Of a stretch of DNA of 64,000 nucleotides, positions 1-25,931 are shown piece after piece (positions within the stretch are counted from its first letter, which is position 1; each line of letters starts with the position of its first letter). Below the pieces are notes generated by a model, which was given only the letters and a program-made list of their open reading frames with translations, was not told the origin of the DNA and ran no database searches. Both the position numbers and the translations under genes were made by a program. Source of the stretch: Amoebidium appalachense (Eukaryota; Protista; Ichthyosporea); NCBI GenBank assembly GCA_963693365.1, contig CAVNZM010000009.1:6071045-6135044 (forward strand), written 5' to 3'.

Positions 1-51
<51 letters not shown>

Positions 52-513
52 GAGAGAGAGAGAGAGCGGGCGGGATGGGATCATCCGAGATTCAAGAAAA
101 AGCACCGGTACCACTAGAGTGTTTAGGGAGACTACAATAAGGGCGCGGCACCCCGTGAATGGACGTCATCATTCACAGGCCTTAGCATATGTGGATATGA
201 GATCAGTTGATATGCGATATGATATGGGGTGTATATTGTGATCAGGATATGGATATGGGTGTGGATATGTACAGGAGCACGTGCACACACTGTGTGTGTG
301 CCTAAACACGTGCAGAGCACGTGATTTTATTAAATAAATTAAAGAGAGAGGGCGTGTCACGTGTACGCGTACACGTACGCGTACAGTGGTACGTACTCAA
401 GTGCAGATCAAAGGAATGCGAAGGTTTGCGCAAGGCGTCCAATAGGAATTCGAATTCTGAATGTGCCAAAAGGGTCGGTAGAAGGTCTGACACGCGCCCG
501 CGCCAGCGTCCCG

Positions 514-592
<79 letters not shown>

Positions 593-1825
593 ACACACAC
601 ACACACTGTATCCGATACACATACACACACTATTGCACACGTGCCCGCGTATGCCATACACACACGCGCACATACGCACACGGACACCACACACACAGAC
701 TGACACACCATGTGCACACACGCATTTTATAACAGACATGTACATGTACAGATCTAGACGTGGACACACAAGCACAACTGCATACTACTGTATCGCACAT
801 AAATCCAGTACTCAGTCTAAATCTCCTCGTCCCTTTCAAAATCATTAACAAAAAAAAAAGTAGGAATATTGGTCAGGTCATGTGTCTCTCCCCCCCCCCC
901 CCCCCCCCCCCTCCCCACATGCGCCCACCCATCCCCAGCCCCCACCCCACCCCGCCCTGGCCCATGGTGAAGATCTAACACATGCACACCCACCTATCTC
1001 CATTGCGAACATTTCCTGCTGCCGGAAGTAATCTGTACTCAATCGGGGCTGAAATTTTTGACCTTGAAGTGCAATTATATATAGAAACAACGAAGGCGTG
1101 CGTCCACAAGAGTACATGAGTGTCGAACCAATTAATAGATCGAATAGACGGACACTTCGGGATTTTTATTCGAGCACCATCCAGTGATGCTTTTACGCCA
1201 AACGTACGCAGCCCCCGACGTGCATGCACGCACCTTGCCGCATGCCTCTTGTTTACAGCGTATGCATAGTTGCGCTGATGCCATGTATTACCATTGCGAG
1301 AGTTGTGTTACCTCTTGTATTACCGTTGCGAGCAAAGCATATGCAACTAGTACTCAACCATGGAGCCAGTAAACCCGACGTTAGGGTTTGGGTCTAATGA
1401 CTCCCGCCTGTTTACGTTCACGTGCTCTATGACGATTGGATACGAGTGACAGACAAAACTGAAAGCACAAAAACATTGAAGCCATACAAACAACTAATCG
1501 GCTTTCAGTCGGTTTACCTGCCTGCAGGCCTGAGTGACAAGCACACTCACTCAAACCAACAAAATTTATTGGCAGACATTACAACCATAAACAATAAAAG
1601 GATCATAAATATAAAATTAAAACAAGATAAACAACATACCACAAAGAACCAGCCCTCCCATAGAGCAACTAACCGACTTACATACATACACCCCAACCAC
1701 CACACATATCCTTCCTACCACACACACGCACACACATACACACAAACACACACATACACGTGCACAGCCATCCACCATATGCTTTTACCCCACGCAAATG
1801 GCACACGCACACACACATTGCATGT

Positions 1826-14586
<12,761 letters not shown>

Positions 14587-15492
14587 TTTCGTGCTTACTC
14601 TGCTACTACAGAATGCCCTAATGACCCCTTTTTCTTTCTTCCTCCGAAGGTTTTTTTTCTTTTTTTTGTAAGGCCAGTCGAGCGCAACTCAATGATTTCT
14701 CTTTGCCTCGAGTAAACAGCGTAAACCCCTCAATGATTTCCCCTCAATAATTTCACGTGCACCGGTTTTAAAGATTCCTACCTAAGTCTGGTCTGAGTGA
14801 GACGACCCTAGCTGAGACGAGTCATGCTTCCGCTTCCATAATAAGATAATCCGATCGCCCTTCAACCAATCGTCTGGTTGGGCTCGTTAAAGATTTGCTT
14901 ACTTCAGATGACGTAACTGGCTTTGAGCCATATATGGTTTGTCAGGGATCCAATGATTTCACAGAAATAGATCAGATATTTGAACCCCCCCCCCCCCCCC
15001 CCCCCCCCACCAGCACCTCCCCCCCCCCCCCCCCCCTCCCCCCTCCCCGCCCCCCCCCGGGGCCCCACCACGCACACCCAAGCACACCGTGGCAGCACGC
15101 ACGCAACACACATGATACACATAAACACACACACAAACATATGTTCACATCCTCACACCTACATTCATATCCTCAGCGTGTGTGGCAGTCTTATCTAATT
15201 AGCGAAGTTTCACACACCCAGACGCACGCACACATGTATGTGCATGTCTACATTACGCGTGGCACCCACATAAACGCCACACATATACACCGCGGCGCGC
15301 GCGCGCGCGAGCACACGCGTGGCACATATACATACACAAAGATTCGATTCAGTCGCACACATCGATTCAGTCGCACACATCGATTCAAATGTCGCTCTTT
15401 ATTATCTGCTAATAAATAGTATCCTTCGCGCATCCACCCCTAAACCAGGCCATCCGTGGCCCTAAGGGCCGGGGAACACCCCCATCCATGTC

Positions 15493-16677
15493 ATGGCACA
15501 TGCCTATAATCGTTTCAGAACCTCTTTCAAAGTTCCATCTACACCCATCACACATGTGCGACCATTAAAACGTCCAGCAGATACACCTACCACAGATGCA
15601 CAACCAGAAAAACATCGCCTTAGACTAAGCGCAACACCTATTTACAATACACTACCCATTCAGAATAACACCACACCACTCCGTAGAAACACAATAACAA
15701 CCATGCCGAAACTTTCGGTTGATACAGTACTGGCAGAACTTGCCCTCGTTAAGAAACAGCTAAATGAGCTGTTACCACTCAAGAACATGATAGAAAAACT
15801 CCAAACAGAAAATACCCAACTCAAGCTCACCATTGATTCACTCACAGCCCAGCTAAACATTAGTGGATCGCAAAACCCCAAAACTCATGAGCAAACATCT
15901 CGCGACGGAGACATTTCCACCCCAACACAAAACAACACAGGACCGGAAGCACAGCTCCCGGCAGAGTTCCTAGAATATGCGAACTCTCGTAAAACACCCG
16001 AGCTCCGCCAAATTGCCAAGGAAACATATGCCAGCATTCTTGCAGGCAACGAGTACCGCCGCAACTCCCCTCCCAAACCGCCGGCTAAGGGGAACACCCA
16101 AGCAAACGGTAACATCAACATCCCACCCAAATACGAGAGGGTGTATTTCAAAGTCAAGCACGGCAGACGCCCACACAGGGCCATGTGGTCCATCTTCAAG
16201 GCTCTCGGCTTCCGGTGCTCTCGCATCCTTTGTCTGTCCTTCATTGGATACGATGTGCTGGAAGTAGCAGTACGGGGCGACTATAACCGTGCGTTCATCC
16301 GTGACGCGACAAAGGGGTGTGGAAGCTTCTTCACCCACCTCCCAAGCTACGACCCATGCGCGCCGGAAAACATTCAGAAAGCAGACAAAGAACGTAAAGT
16401 GTCTGCTAAGAATGCGTGCGCCACACGTTGTCGTGTACGCATCAGCAAGGCAAAAGAGTTCCTCGCAAAGTTGGAAAACGATGCTACGAGCGTGATAGAC
16501 ACGGACACGAAGGAACCAATGTTTTCTGGTGAGAAACTGCTCGAGCGCAAACGCCGATGCGAGATGGAAATCGAGCTCTTCTGCGAACTGTTCGCGCTGG
16601 CGGAAGGTCGTGCATACGACCCCGTAAGCGACAAGTGGGAACCAACCCCACAGGTGTCGGACCAAACCGATGCCTAA
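15493..16677 (+). CDS. LINE ORF1 protein (394 aa; coiled coil plus basic putative nucleic-acid-binding region)
   Basis: Long complex ORF directly upstream of the APE domain. Heptad segment VLAELALVKKQLNELLPLKNMIEKLQTENTQLKLTIDSLTAQL. Its stop overlaps the ORF2 start (ATGCCTAA, 16670-16677). Confidence 0.8.
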   Translation: MAHAYNRFRTSFKVPSTPITHVRPLKRPADTPTTDAQPEKHRLRLSATPIYNTLPIQNNTTPLRRNTITTMPKLSVDTVLAELALVKKQLNELLPLKNMIEKLQTENTQLKLTIDSLTAQLNISGSQNPKTHEQTSRDGDISTPTQNNTGPEAQLPAEFLEYANSRKTPELRQIAKETYASILAGNEYRRNSPPKPPAKGNTQANGNINIPPKYERVYFKVKHGRRPHRAMWSIFKALGFRCSRILCLSFIGYDVLEVAVRGDYNRAFIRDATKGCGSFFTHLPSYDPCAPENIQKADKERKVSAKNACATRCRVRISKAKEFLAKLENDATSVIDTDTKEPMFSGEKLLERKRRCEMEIELFCELFALAEGRAYDPVSDKWEPTPQVSDQTDA

Positions 16678-17971
16678 TTTATCCTTCTTCTTCTGGAATG
16701 CTCGGACACTGGGCCCCCAAAAGGGCCTCCCCCCCGGGACACTCGACGATAAAATCAGCTACATACAACAACAGACAAACAACCACACGTTTACAGTGAT
16801 TTGCGAAACACAGTTTAAAAACCACCACAAATTCAACTCTACATTGGTCGACACATCCACACACCCCGGTTACGCGAAAAACCGAGGCATTATTGTACTT
16901 GCCGCACCACACGTGAGAGTGAAGTGCAAACCGGTAGCAAAAACGGAATTCTCGGTTTCTATAGAGTTTCTTTCTAATGTTTTTACTTTTGTATATTACC
17001 CACCATCTATGTCGGTTGTCGAATTGACTCACGAGTTGTCACAGTTACCAATGTCCACTGTTATTTTAGGTGATTTTAACACGCGACTCCACCACACAGA
17101 CACACTGCAAGTGAGTGTCGGGTACCCATCTAAGCCCCCGGAGCGTGCTATCCCTTTAGCAAGGTATGTCCAAAGTCACACTTTGCGGTTCCCTCAAATA
17201 TCCCATGCCCACAACACCGACTGGGGAGTGGCCTTTTGGCCATCAACCATGTCAAAACTCTCTCTCCCTCCTAACCTCTCTAGGTCATCTGACCACTCTC
17301 CTATCCTTTTCCTACCTAAGATCTCCCTTGATCTGCTCCCCCCTCCCCCTCCCACCTTTCGCCTCCGTCTATCCCAGCTTAAGTCACAGTGGGGTAGAGT
17401 TGATGTATGTGTATGCTATGCTACGAAACACCCTATATATATGCGCCTATTAGAATCTGCACAAGCCAGGCCAGATTCACATCTCGTACTAGATACATGC
17501 ACTAACTTTATTGTTGATGATTTGATAGATCTCGGTGATTATGCTGGCGGTGGTAGGAAGGAATATCCCGATGCTCTCTTGTTACCAAACACCACTCCCG
17601 CTAGACTAGGTGAACCCCTGTCTCAAAAGGAAAGCTTGCGCCGGCTTGCTAGTATGAATCGATTTGGCCCCCCTGCTCGTATTATTGGTGATACCACTGG
17701 AGACCCCCTCATAGACTCTGATAAGTATTTCTCGGAACTGTTTAAAGATAGGACCCCCGCTCAGAAACCTATTGTGTGGCCTGTAGACCCATCTATCCCC
17801 ATAGAATCGATCCTCCCCTTTTTCAGTCCCGATGCCATATGGTCTGTGATATCTAGTTATAGCTCTAGTAAGTCTTGTGGACCTGATCTGGGTTTCTTAA
17901 AATCCTTGTTCCCTCCTACCCGCAAAAGGAAAGTGATCGTGCTATTAAACCTGATCTTACTATCATGTTAA
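16670..17971 (+). CDS. LINE ORF2 N-terminal part: apurinic-like endonuclease domain and linker
   Basis: APE motifs FWNAR, ICET, VYYPP, ILGDFN, SDHSPI. Ends with KSCGPD (KSPGPDG-like), after which RT homology continues in the -1 frame. Confidence 0.88.
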   Translation: MPNLSFFFWNARTLGPQKGLPPGTLDDKISYIQQQTNNHTFTVICETQFKNHHKFNSTLVDTSTHPGYAKNRGIIVLAAPHVRVKCKPVAKTEFSVSIEFLSNVFTFVYYPPSMSVVELTHELSQLPMSTVILGDFNTRLHHTDTLQVSVGYPSKPPERAIPLARYVQSHTLRFPQISHAHNTDWGVAFWPSTMSKLSLPPNLSRSSDHSPILFLPKISLDLLPPPPPTFRLRLSQLKSQWGRVDVCVCYATKHPIYMRLLESAQARPDSHLVLDTCTNFIVDDLIDLGDYAGGGRKEYPDALLLPNTTPARLGEPLSQKESLRRLASMNRFGPPARIIGDTTGDPLIDSDKYFSELFKDRTPAQKPIVWPVDPSIPIESILPFFSPDAIWSVISSYSSSKSCGPDLGFLKSLFPPTRKRKVIVLLNLILLSC

Positions 17972-19852
17972 GCTCTCTCTTTTCTTGGTGTGTTAAATGT
18001 GGACATGTCCCGTCATCTTGGTTAGATACCTTAGTGATCCCCATAGTTAAGAAGGACTCTGAGGGCCCCATATCATCCTTTCGCCCCATTACACTAACCC
18101 AGGTTGTTCGTAGATTCTTTGAAGCTTGCTTACTTAGGTTATTTGCACATCACCCTAGGTTTCAATCTATTCTTCACATACACCCATGCCAATCCGCTTT
18201 TCGTAAAAACAATTCATGTTATGTTCAAATAATGGCACTGCACGATTCTATGCAAGTTGGTGCACAATATGTTGGCTTTATTGATTGGAAAACTGCTTAC
18301 GATTCTGTCTCCCCTGGTCTCCTATGGGAAAAGCTTGCTGCACGGGGTGTACCACACTGCATTGGTGTTCTGTTAGAAGCACTCTTGTCTCAAACCTATG
18401 GTAGAGCTGTGGTTAATGGGCATCTTTCATATGGTTTTGCTCGTACTAGAGGTCTCTTGCAGGGTTCATTGCTTAGCCCCTTTTTGTTTAACCTATTTAT
18501 AGATGATTTGGCTGTCAAGATTTACGCCGAAAACGATGACCCTATTAATAACTTTCCGCCTGCACTTCTCTATGCTGATGATCTGTCCCTCCTTGCCCGT
18601 ACCCCTAGACGCCTGCAAAGATTGTTCGATGTAGTGTCAGAGTGGTGCAAGGCAAACCTTATGATCCTTAACATAGACAAATGTGGTGTTCTTGTACCTG
18701 ATATAGCTAACAATTTACACACATTTACATTATCATCTAAACCTGTACCTATAGTTCCAGAATACAAATATCTTGGTGTTCCGGTTGATTCTGTTGGTGT
18801 TATGTTTCCCCATATGGTCGAAAAGAGGGTAGAGTTGGCTCGTAAGCGGTTAGCTTTCTTCTCGGCTAATATTTTTAAAGACACACCCCTCCATCCTTCT
18901 ATTAGACTTACATTTATTCGCACTTTTGTCTTCCCGGCATGTGAATATGGTTTACCCCTTCTCGCCGCTTGGATCAAGAAAGAGAGAACTAGAGCGCTTA
19001 AACCCTTGGCAAATTTCCTTGAAGCAGAAGTTGCCTCCTTTCTATCTAACAACTGTTGTAAACCTGGGCCTGTAACGCTCTCGATATATGGTCTGGTCCC
19101 AATAGCTGCTAGAGTATCCTATCTCGCGCTGAAATTCAATAAGCACATAAGCCGCTTAAAGAAGTATTTGCCCTCCCACCCTCTCTTCTCTATCCGACCT
19201 GTCCCCTCCTCACCTCTCCCCTCTTTCCTCCCCTCTCTCTCCCCTTCTCCCCTGGGCACAAATACAAATAAACCCCGCAATAGTGTGTGTGTGACTTTGG
19301 ACTGCCACTTACTTATTAAACATGTACACAATCACAAGATAATCACGCAATATAACAAATGGAAAAAGATACCACACGACACTAGACCCGATGAAAGCAT
19401 ACACCTTGAAAAACTAAGCCTTATGTCTCGTTTTATATATACTGACCGCCTCAACCATATTGCCAAATATGGCACTCGCAAGTGTATAACACCTAAATAC
19501 ATATTACCTTCCTGTAGAACTGGTCTTTCTCTAGCTGATGGTATTATTGATCAATTACCACGCTTTTACTGTACACGTGCTATACAGTGGAGATCTAATA
19601 AGTATAAGGTGGCATCATTTGCATGCCCAAACAACACACACACACCAGTTTAACCGGTCATGTATCGCCAAATGTAGTTTGATAGACCACATAATACCGC
19701 AACACACACACGTCACATTCACAACAGACACCCAGAAAGATAGCCTACCTGTAAATTACAACATCCTTGATTTTATACTAAACACGCGTAACTACGACCT
19801 GTTTATTAGATGTATTGATTGGCTTGAGAAACACATCACTACAAAATTATAG
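17887..19852 (+). pseudogene. LINE ORF2 reverse transcriptase and C-terminal region (frameshifts near 17890 and near 19640)
   Basis: RT motifs VPSSW, IPIVKK, FRPITL, QSAFRK, FIDWKTAYDSV, GLLQGSLLSPFLFNLFIDDL, LYADD, NIDKC, YKYLGV. The Cys-containing C-terminus (CPNNT..QFNRSCIAKC) continues in another frame after a (CA) run. Confidence 0.88.
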
Positions 19853-19873
19853 CGCACGCGCACACACACACAC

Positions 19874-19928
<55 letters not shown>

Positions 19929-19960
19929 CCAGCTGATACCGAGTGTCCCGAGGGGAGCCC

Positions 19961-19993
<33 letters not shown>

Positions 19994-20402
19994 CGGGGAA
20001 CCCCAACTAATTGATTTCTCCTTGTAGTCTTTATGGTGTCTCGTAGAGAAAGTAAACCCTGATATATAGTCACCACCCGACATCTATGTACGTGATCATG
20101 ATATACCGCTGAGGGGATATTCCGAGCAAAACCCCCCCCCCCATACCTGAGACTGGTTCTCTTTGCCTCGAGTAAACAGCGTAAACCCCATGCAAACACG
20201 CATGCACCACACGCACATATATACACGTGCACGTGTACGCTGAAGGAACACATACGCGTGCATGTACATCGTGCACGTGAGGCACTTAAGCGCATGTTTA
20301 CAAACACACGTCATGTGTACACACAAACACACAGACACACGCATACACGTAATAATAATCAGGTACACGTACAGGCGCTATAATAGTATGTGTACACAAA
20401 CT

Positions 20403-20459
<57 letters not shown>

Positions 20460-20642
20460 GTCACACACACACACTGTCTCTTCTCTCTAATACATAAAAT
20501 TAGATCTAGATCTCTTGAGCCTCGCTCAATCTCCCCCCTCTCCCCCCCTCCTCCCACCACCCCGATGCTATCTCTCTCCCTCTCTCCCTCTCCCTCTCTC
20601 CTTCACACACACACACACACACACTCCCTCCCTCTCTCTCTC

Positions 20643-20688
<46 letters not shown>

Positions 20689-20976
20689 CCTCTCCCCCTT
20701 CCCTCTCCCTCTCTCCCCCTCTCACACACACACACACTCTCTCTCTCTCTCCCTCCCTCCCTCCCTCTCTCTCTCTCTCTCTCTCTTGCTCTCTCTCTCT
20801 CTTTTTCCTCCCTTCCCCCCCCCCCCTCTCTCCCCCCTCCCTCCCTATTTTCCCCTCTCTCTCTCCCTCTCCCTCTCCCTTCCCCCTCCCCCCCCCCCCC
20901 CCCCCCCGGGCCCCTCCTCTCTTTCTCTCTCACTCTTACTCTCTCTCTCTCTCTCACTGCCTCACTGCCTCATTCC

Positions 20977-21011
<35 letters not shown>

Positions 21012-21825
21012 CCCCCCCCCCCCCCCCCCTCCCCCCCCCTCTACCTCTCTTTCCCCCCCTCTCCCCTTTGTTGCCTTGTTAGGCGCGATCTACCTGTGGT
21101 GGCCAGTATTGCATGAAAGTCTCCTGTCTCTGTACCAAGAAACTTATCACCTAATATGCAGTCTGATTTTCGACGTCCCTATCCTCCCCCCCCCCCCCCC
21201 CTGCTCGCGCACACACACACACACACACACACCGTGACACACACACACGAACGCACCGTGATCAAGACACAATGATCCCGGCCCGGCAACCTACTCCATA
21301 TGCTCTTCATCTGATTCCGATACTGACCCCTCCTCATCCGTCTCTCACCCAATACTTTCACCTCCCCGGTCTCACTGTGGCACCAATTTGCAACAATCTA
21401 TCAAACATATTCGTGTAGGGCCTTCAGACCATAATCTTAGAAGTGTCTAAAAACTTTATCGTGTTATTATAAACAGCAAATATATACCAGACACCCGCGG
21501 GATCCTGTGTTGGTGTTATCACTTGCATACAGTTTAAAGAATTACTATCATTAATGTGATCGGCGATCTGAATTTGGTTGCCGATCATGTGCTATTAGTA
21601 TGGAAATACCCTCCGATCATGTACATGAATGCCTATCTACAATTACTTACATCCATGTTCTTTATGTGTTTTACAATACTTAATGCATTACATTGTTGAG
21701 TCTCAGGTCAAACTCTCAGCGTATGTATTTAAAAGAAATTAGGGTAGAGGTTCTAAGGTACAGAGGTCACTTGTGACACTTTCTTGAAATTGCAAGGTTT
21801 CTCGGCGGTAAGGTTCATTATCTTA

Positions 21826-21866
<41 letters not shown>

Positions 21867-21894
21867 ACCACCACCACCACCACCACCATCACCG

Positions 21895-21962
21895 GCCCTG
21901 CCCTGTGGGTCCTTTTTCTGGGCTGCGTGAGTTTCCTTTCCTTTTTTTTTTTTTTTTTTTTG

Positions 21963-22048
<86 letters not shown>

Positions 22049-22650
22049 TCTGTTTTTTTTTTTCCTTTGTGGTGGTGGTGGTGGTGGTGTGTGTGGGGGG
22101 GGGGAGGGCACACACACACACACACACGCACACCGTGCACCGTGACATGGAGACACACACACACATTGTGATACACAAGTCCACCCATACACACACACCA
22201 CACAAACAAACACAACCAGTAACAAACGAACACAAAATCCAAATGCATACACAGACACATGCACACATTTTCGCACAGTCCCCCCCCCCCCCTCCCCCCC
22301 CCAAAAAAGAAAAAACCCTCCCGCAGCCCAAGAAAAGGACCCACAGGACTGGGGGGGAGAGAGAGAGGGGGGGGGGGACACACAGACCGTGCACCGTGAC
22401 ACGGAGCCACACACACACACACACACACACACACATTGTGATACACACACGTGCACACACACACACACACCACACACACACACACACACACACCTAGTGA
22501 CAAACGAACACAATATCCAAACACACATGTACACACAGACATATACACACATTTTTGCACAACCCCCAGCGTCCGATCCCCCCCCCCCCCCCCCCCTCCC
22601 CCGGGCTATCCCCTGTCCTGTGCTTCCTTTTTCTGAAATGCGTGAGTTTC

Positions 22651-22733
<83 letters not shown>

Positions 22734-23632
22734 ACACATACACACATCGTGCACCGTAACATGAAGACACACATACACACATTGTGATTCACACGTGCAC
22801 ACCACAAACACAACCCGGTGCACGTGACACCCAGTGACAAACGAAGACAAAATCCAAATGTACACGCAGACACATGACATTGCACACACAAGTTCGCACA
22901 GCATCCCCCCCCCCCCCCCCAAAAAAAATAAAAAAAAATAAATAAAAAAAAAAAATAGAAACCCCTCCCGCAGCCCAGAAAAAGGACCTACAGGACAGGG
23001 GGGGAAGGGGGGCGGGGGGGGGGTTTGAATGCCGAACACGGAACGAAGTACGCATACACGACAAGAAGCATGGTGCAGGACACATGCAAAGGCAAACATT
23101 GAAGTATGCAACATCAGCCATGTGCACAGTATGCGTCATAAGCAGAGCCCATCCTCAGGGAGGACCCAAGGGGGGGTGGACATACACACACACACCGTGC
23201 ACCGTGACACGGAGTCACACACACACACACGTACATTGTGATACACACGCGTGCACACACACACACACACCACACACACAATAAAACACCCAGTGACAAA
23301 CGAACACAAAATCCAAACGTACACACAGACATATGCACACATCCCCCCTCCCCCCCCCCCCGTCCTGCCAGTGGTTCCTTTTTCTGGGCTGTGTTTCTTT
23401 CTTTCTTTCTTTTTTCTGGGGGGGGGGGGGGGGGGGGGGGGGGGAAGGGGGAGGGAGGGGGGCCACACACACACCGTGCACCGTGACACGGACACACACA
23501 CGCGCACACACACACATTGTGATACACACACGTGCACACACACACACCACACACACACAAACATACCCAGTGACAAATGAGCACAAAATCCAAATCATTC
23601 ACACAGATATATGCACACATTTTCGCACAGAA
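21895..23632. repeat. Tandem array of five ~350-bp composite units
   Basis: Module A (caccgtgcaccgtgac...cattgtgatacac...ccagtgacaaacgaacacaaaatccaaa...ttttcgcacag) at ~22128, 22386, 22746, 23192 and 23471, interleaved with a ~40-bp module B. Confidence 0.9.
23024..23167 (-). mobile_element. Short interspersed element, subfamily A, inserted in a G-run of the tandem array
   Basis: Same core; present in only one unit of the 21.9-23.6 kb array; G-runs on both sides. Confidence 0.82.
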
Positions 23633-25931
23633 AGGCGCATAGAGCCAGGGGGTAATAATAATAATAATATAACGCGCGTGCCCGGGCAGTGCCTACGTGC
23701 GTGTGTGCGTGTGTGCGTGCGTGCGTGCGTGCGTGCGTGTGTGTATATATGTGTGTGTGTTGAGGGCTCGGGGGAGGAGGGGGGAGAGAAGAGAGAAGGA
23801 GGGGGGGGGGGGGAGAAGGGGCCGCGCGGCAGGGAGGGGGGGAGGGGGGGAGGGGGGTTGTTAGTGGGTATGAACCGTTATTTGGAGGGCTAGTTTCACC
23901 CTCCACCTCGGTCCTGCCTGTACCTATGGTTTAGGAGAAAAGCCATGTTTGTTGGCGTGAGCACACAATGAAAGACGAGAAGCCACAGTGGCATCTCTAG
24001 ATCTGAGGTTGGCCATGAGCGCGATGTTTTGGGGCGTAAGTTCGTAAAACGTTCATCAGGGGTGTCACACACTAGCATGGCTATTGTTATATTGTCTATT
24101 TCATTGAGTCAACGTTATACTTCATTCCAGGCGCTAGCTAGGATGACGTGACATGGAAACCCCGAGTCGAACATGGCATGAGTGCAATCTCAAAATGTCC
24201 ATGATGCTGGATAATCGAAGAAACAGCGATCGGACCAAGATCAGGAAGAGAAATGTGGGAGAGGGTCTCGAGTTATTGAAATTGCAACTATGTTTTCTAA
24301 CGTATTAAATGAACCCCGGAGCTGCCCGGTCAGTGTCTGACTCCCCACAACCCAACCCTTTTGTTTATCTTCCCGGAGAAAACTTTTGTTTAATCGTTTC
24401 ACCACACTCACGTGTACATACATATATATGTGCGCGTATGTCACGTGCCCATGAGCCACTGAGTGATTGGTCGCTATCGCAATTCTGACATCATCGCTAT
24501 TTGCCGCACTCAACCGTGACAAAGGACAAGGAGGGAGCATTACTACATTCACATCGAGAAGGAATTGCATTATGATAGCTTTATTGTTATCTAGTTAAGT
24601 AAGACACTTCTATAAAAAAAAACATAATTATCGACGATTTTATTTATTTAGGCTACCGTCAACTTTGCTCCGGAGATAAGAACAATCATCTCGTTGCTGA
24701 TTGGCTATCACTTGAGACACAAAAGCATGTGCAATGATTGCCTCCCAGAGTCGTAGAAGACTGTAGCTGCACGTGCAGAGTCCCGGTTGTGCATACTAGA
24801 CCGCCGACCTAAGAAAAAGGCATGCATATTTTCAGACCTCTGCTAAAGTTAGCGCAGTCTTTCTCCTTACATATCTTGTATATACTGTATACATATATTT
24901 ATGTGTGTATGTATACGATGTCCACTGTGAGTCTGTGACCACTGACTTGAGTCACTGAGTGTAAGTAAGAGTATGATTCTGATTGGTTGCTGCTTTGATT
25001 GGTGGCTTTTTGAATACCACAAGTACAGTAAAGCGTTTTAATTGGCTAATAACCATGCTCTCTAATCACCATCTTTTAATTAGCCCGGTTTGGTCTTTAT
25101 ATCTTTAATATTGTTCGCTCAAAGTCACATTGTTATCCTACCGATGTGCTCATACATGGTAATACGCACAAATCCAAATATAAAATCTTCGACGGCGGAC
25201 CATCCTGGGCCAGTTTTGTTGCTTTGTTCCGGAGAAACGGGGACCGGGTATAAATAGTTTGTTTTCATGTTGTTGTCCTCATGGTTTCATTTGTCAGTAT
25301 TATTATTGACGCACTGTTTATTATCGTATTTACACACTAAATATACTTGTTTCGGCGCTAAGAACCTATTTCGAGCCACTAAAAACATCTGAATCTGGCA
25401 ACAGTGGCAAACTATTAGGACATTTGTGCACACCCCCTGCTAACAGGATCTGGGATCTGGGTTCAGTATTCCTCACCAAAAAGCCCCGGCACACTAAACT
25501 TTAAGAAATTCGTGTCAATCAAAGAATACCGGGTGAAAATGGAGCTTGCAGCGAATGTAAGTACTGTGCGTGAAGGACGCTGTTTGGGAATGTGAGTGCT
25601 GGAGGTTCATTCTTTGGTGTTGTATGATGTGTTCATGTTAATTGGCATGGCACACACGGAAGTTCAGGTTGGTTAGTGAACTGCACGGAGGCAAGCTTGA
25701 ACACTTTTTTGTGAACCATGAATCAGCCCTGTGTGGCGCACACTACAAGACAACACCTGCACATACGTGCATCTGTATACACATACACAGACATACCCAA
25801 GCACGGACACGGTCACACACACACACCTGCATGCTCGAGCGCGCGCGCGCGCGCACACACACACACACACACCACACACACACACACACTGCAAACACAC
25901 TTATCTGTGTGATTTCTCCAGGAGACTGGAA

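Larger units (their letters stand above)
15478..19993 (+). mobile_element. Non-LTR retrotransposon (LINE, APE-RT type), near full length, frameshifted
   Basis: Intronless ORF1 followed by an overlapping APE/RT ORF2, a 3' UTR with (CA)n and a poly-A at 19965-19993. Candidate 8-bp target-site duplication CGGGGAAC at 15470-15477 and 19994-20001. The 5' boundary is tentative. Confidence 0.9.

Noticed and set aside
15970-16665. 231-aa antisense ORF within LINE ORF1
   Set aside because: Shadow ORF of a coding strand with no independent features.
21895-23632. Repeat-spacer appearance suggesting a CRISPR-like array
   Set aside because: Units are ~350 bp, the 'spacers' are homologous to each other, there are no cas genes and the context is eukaryotic.
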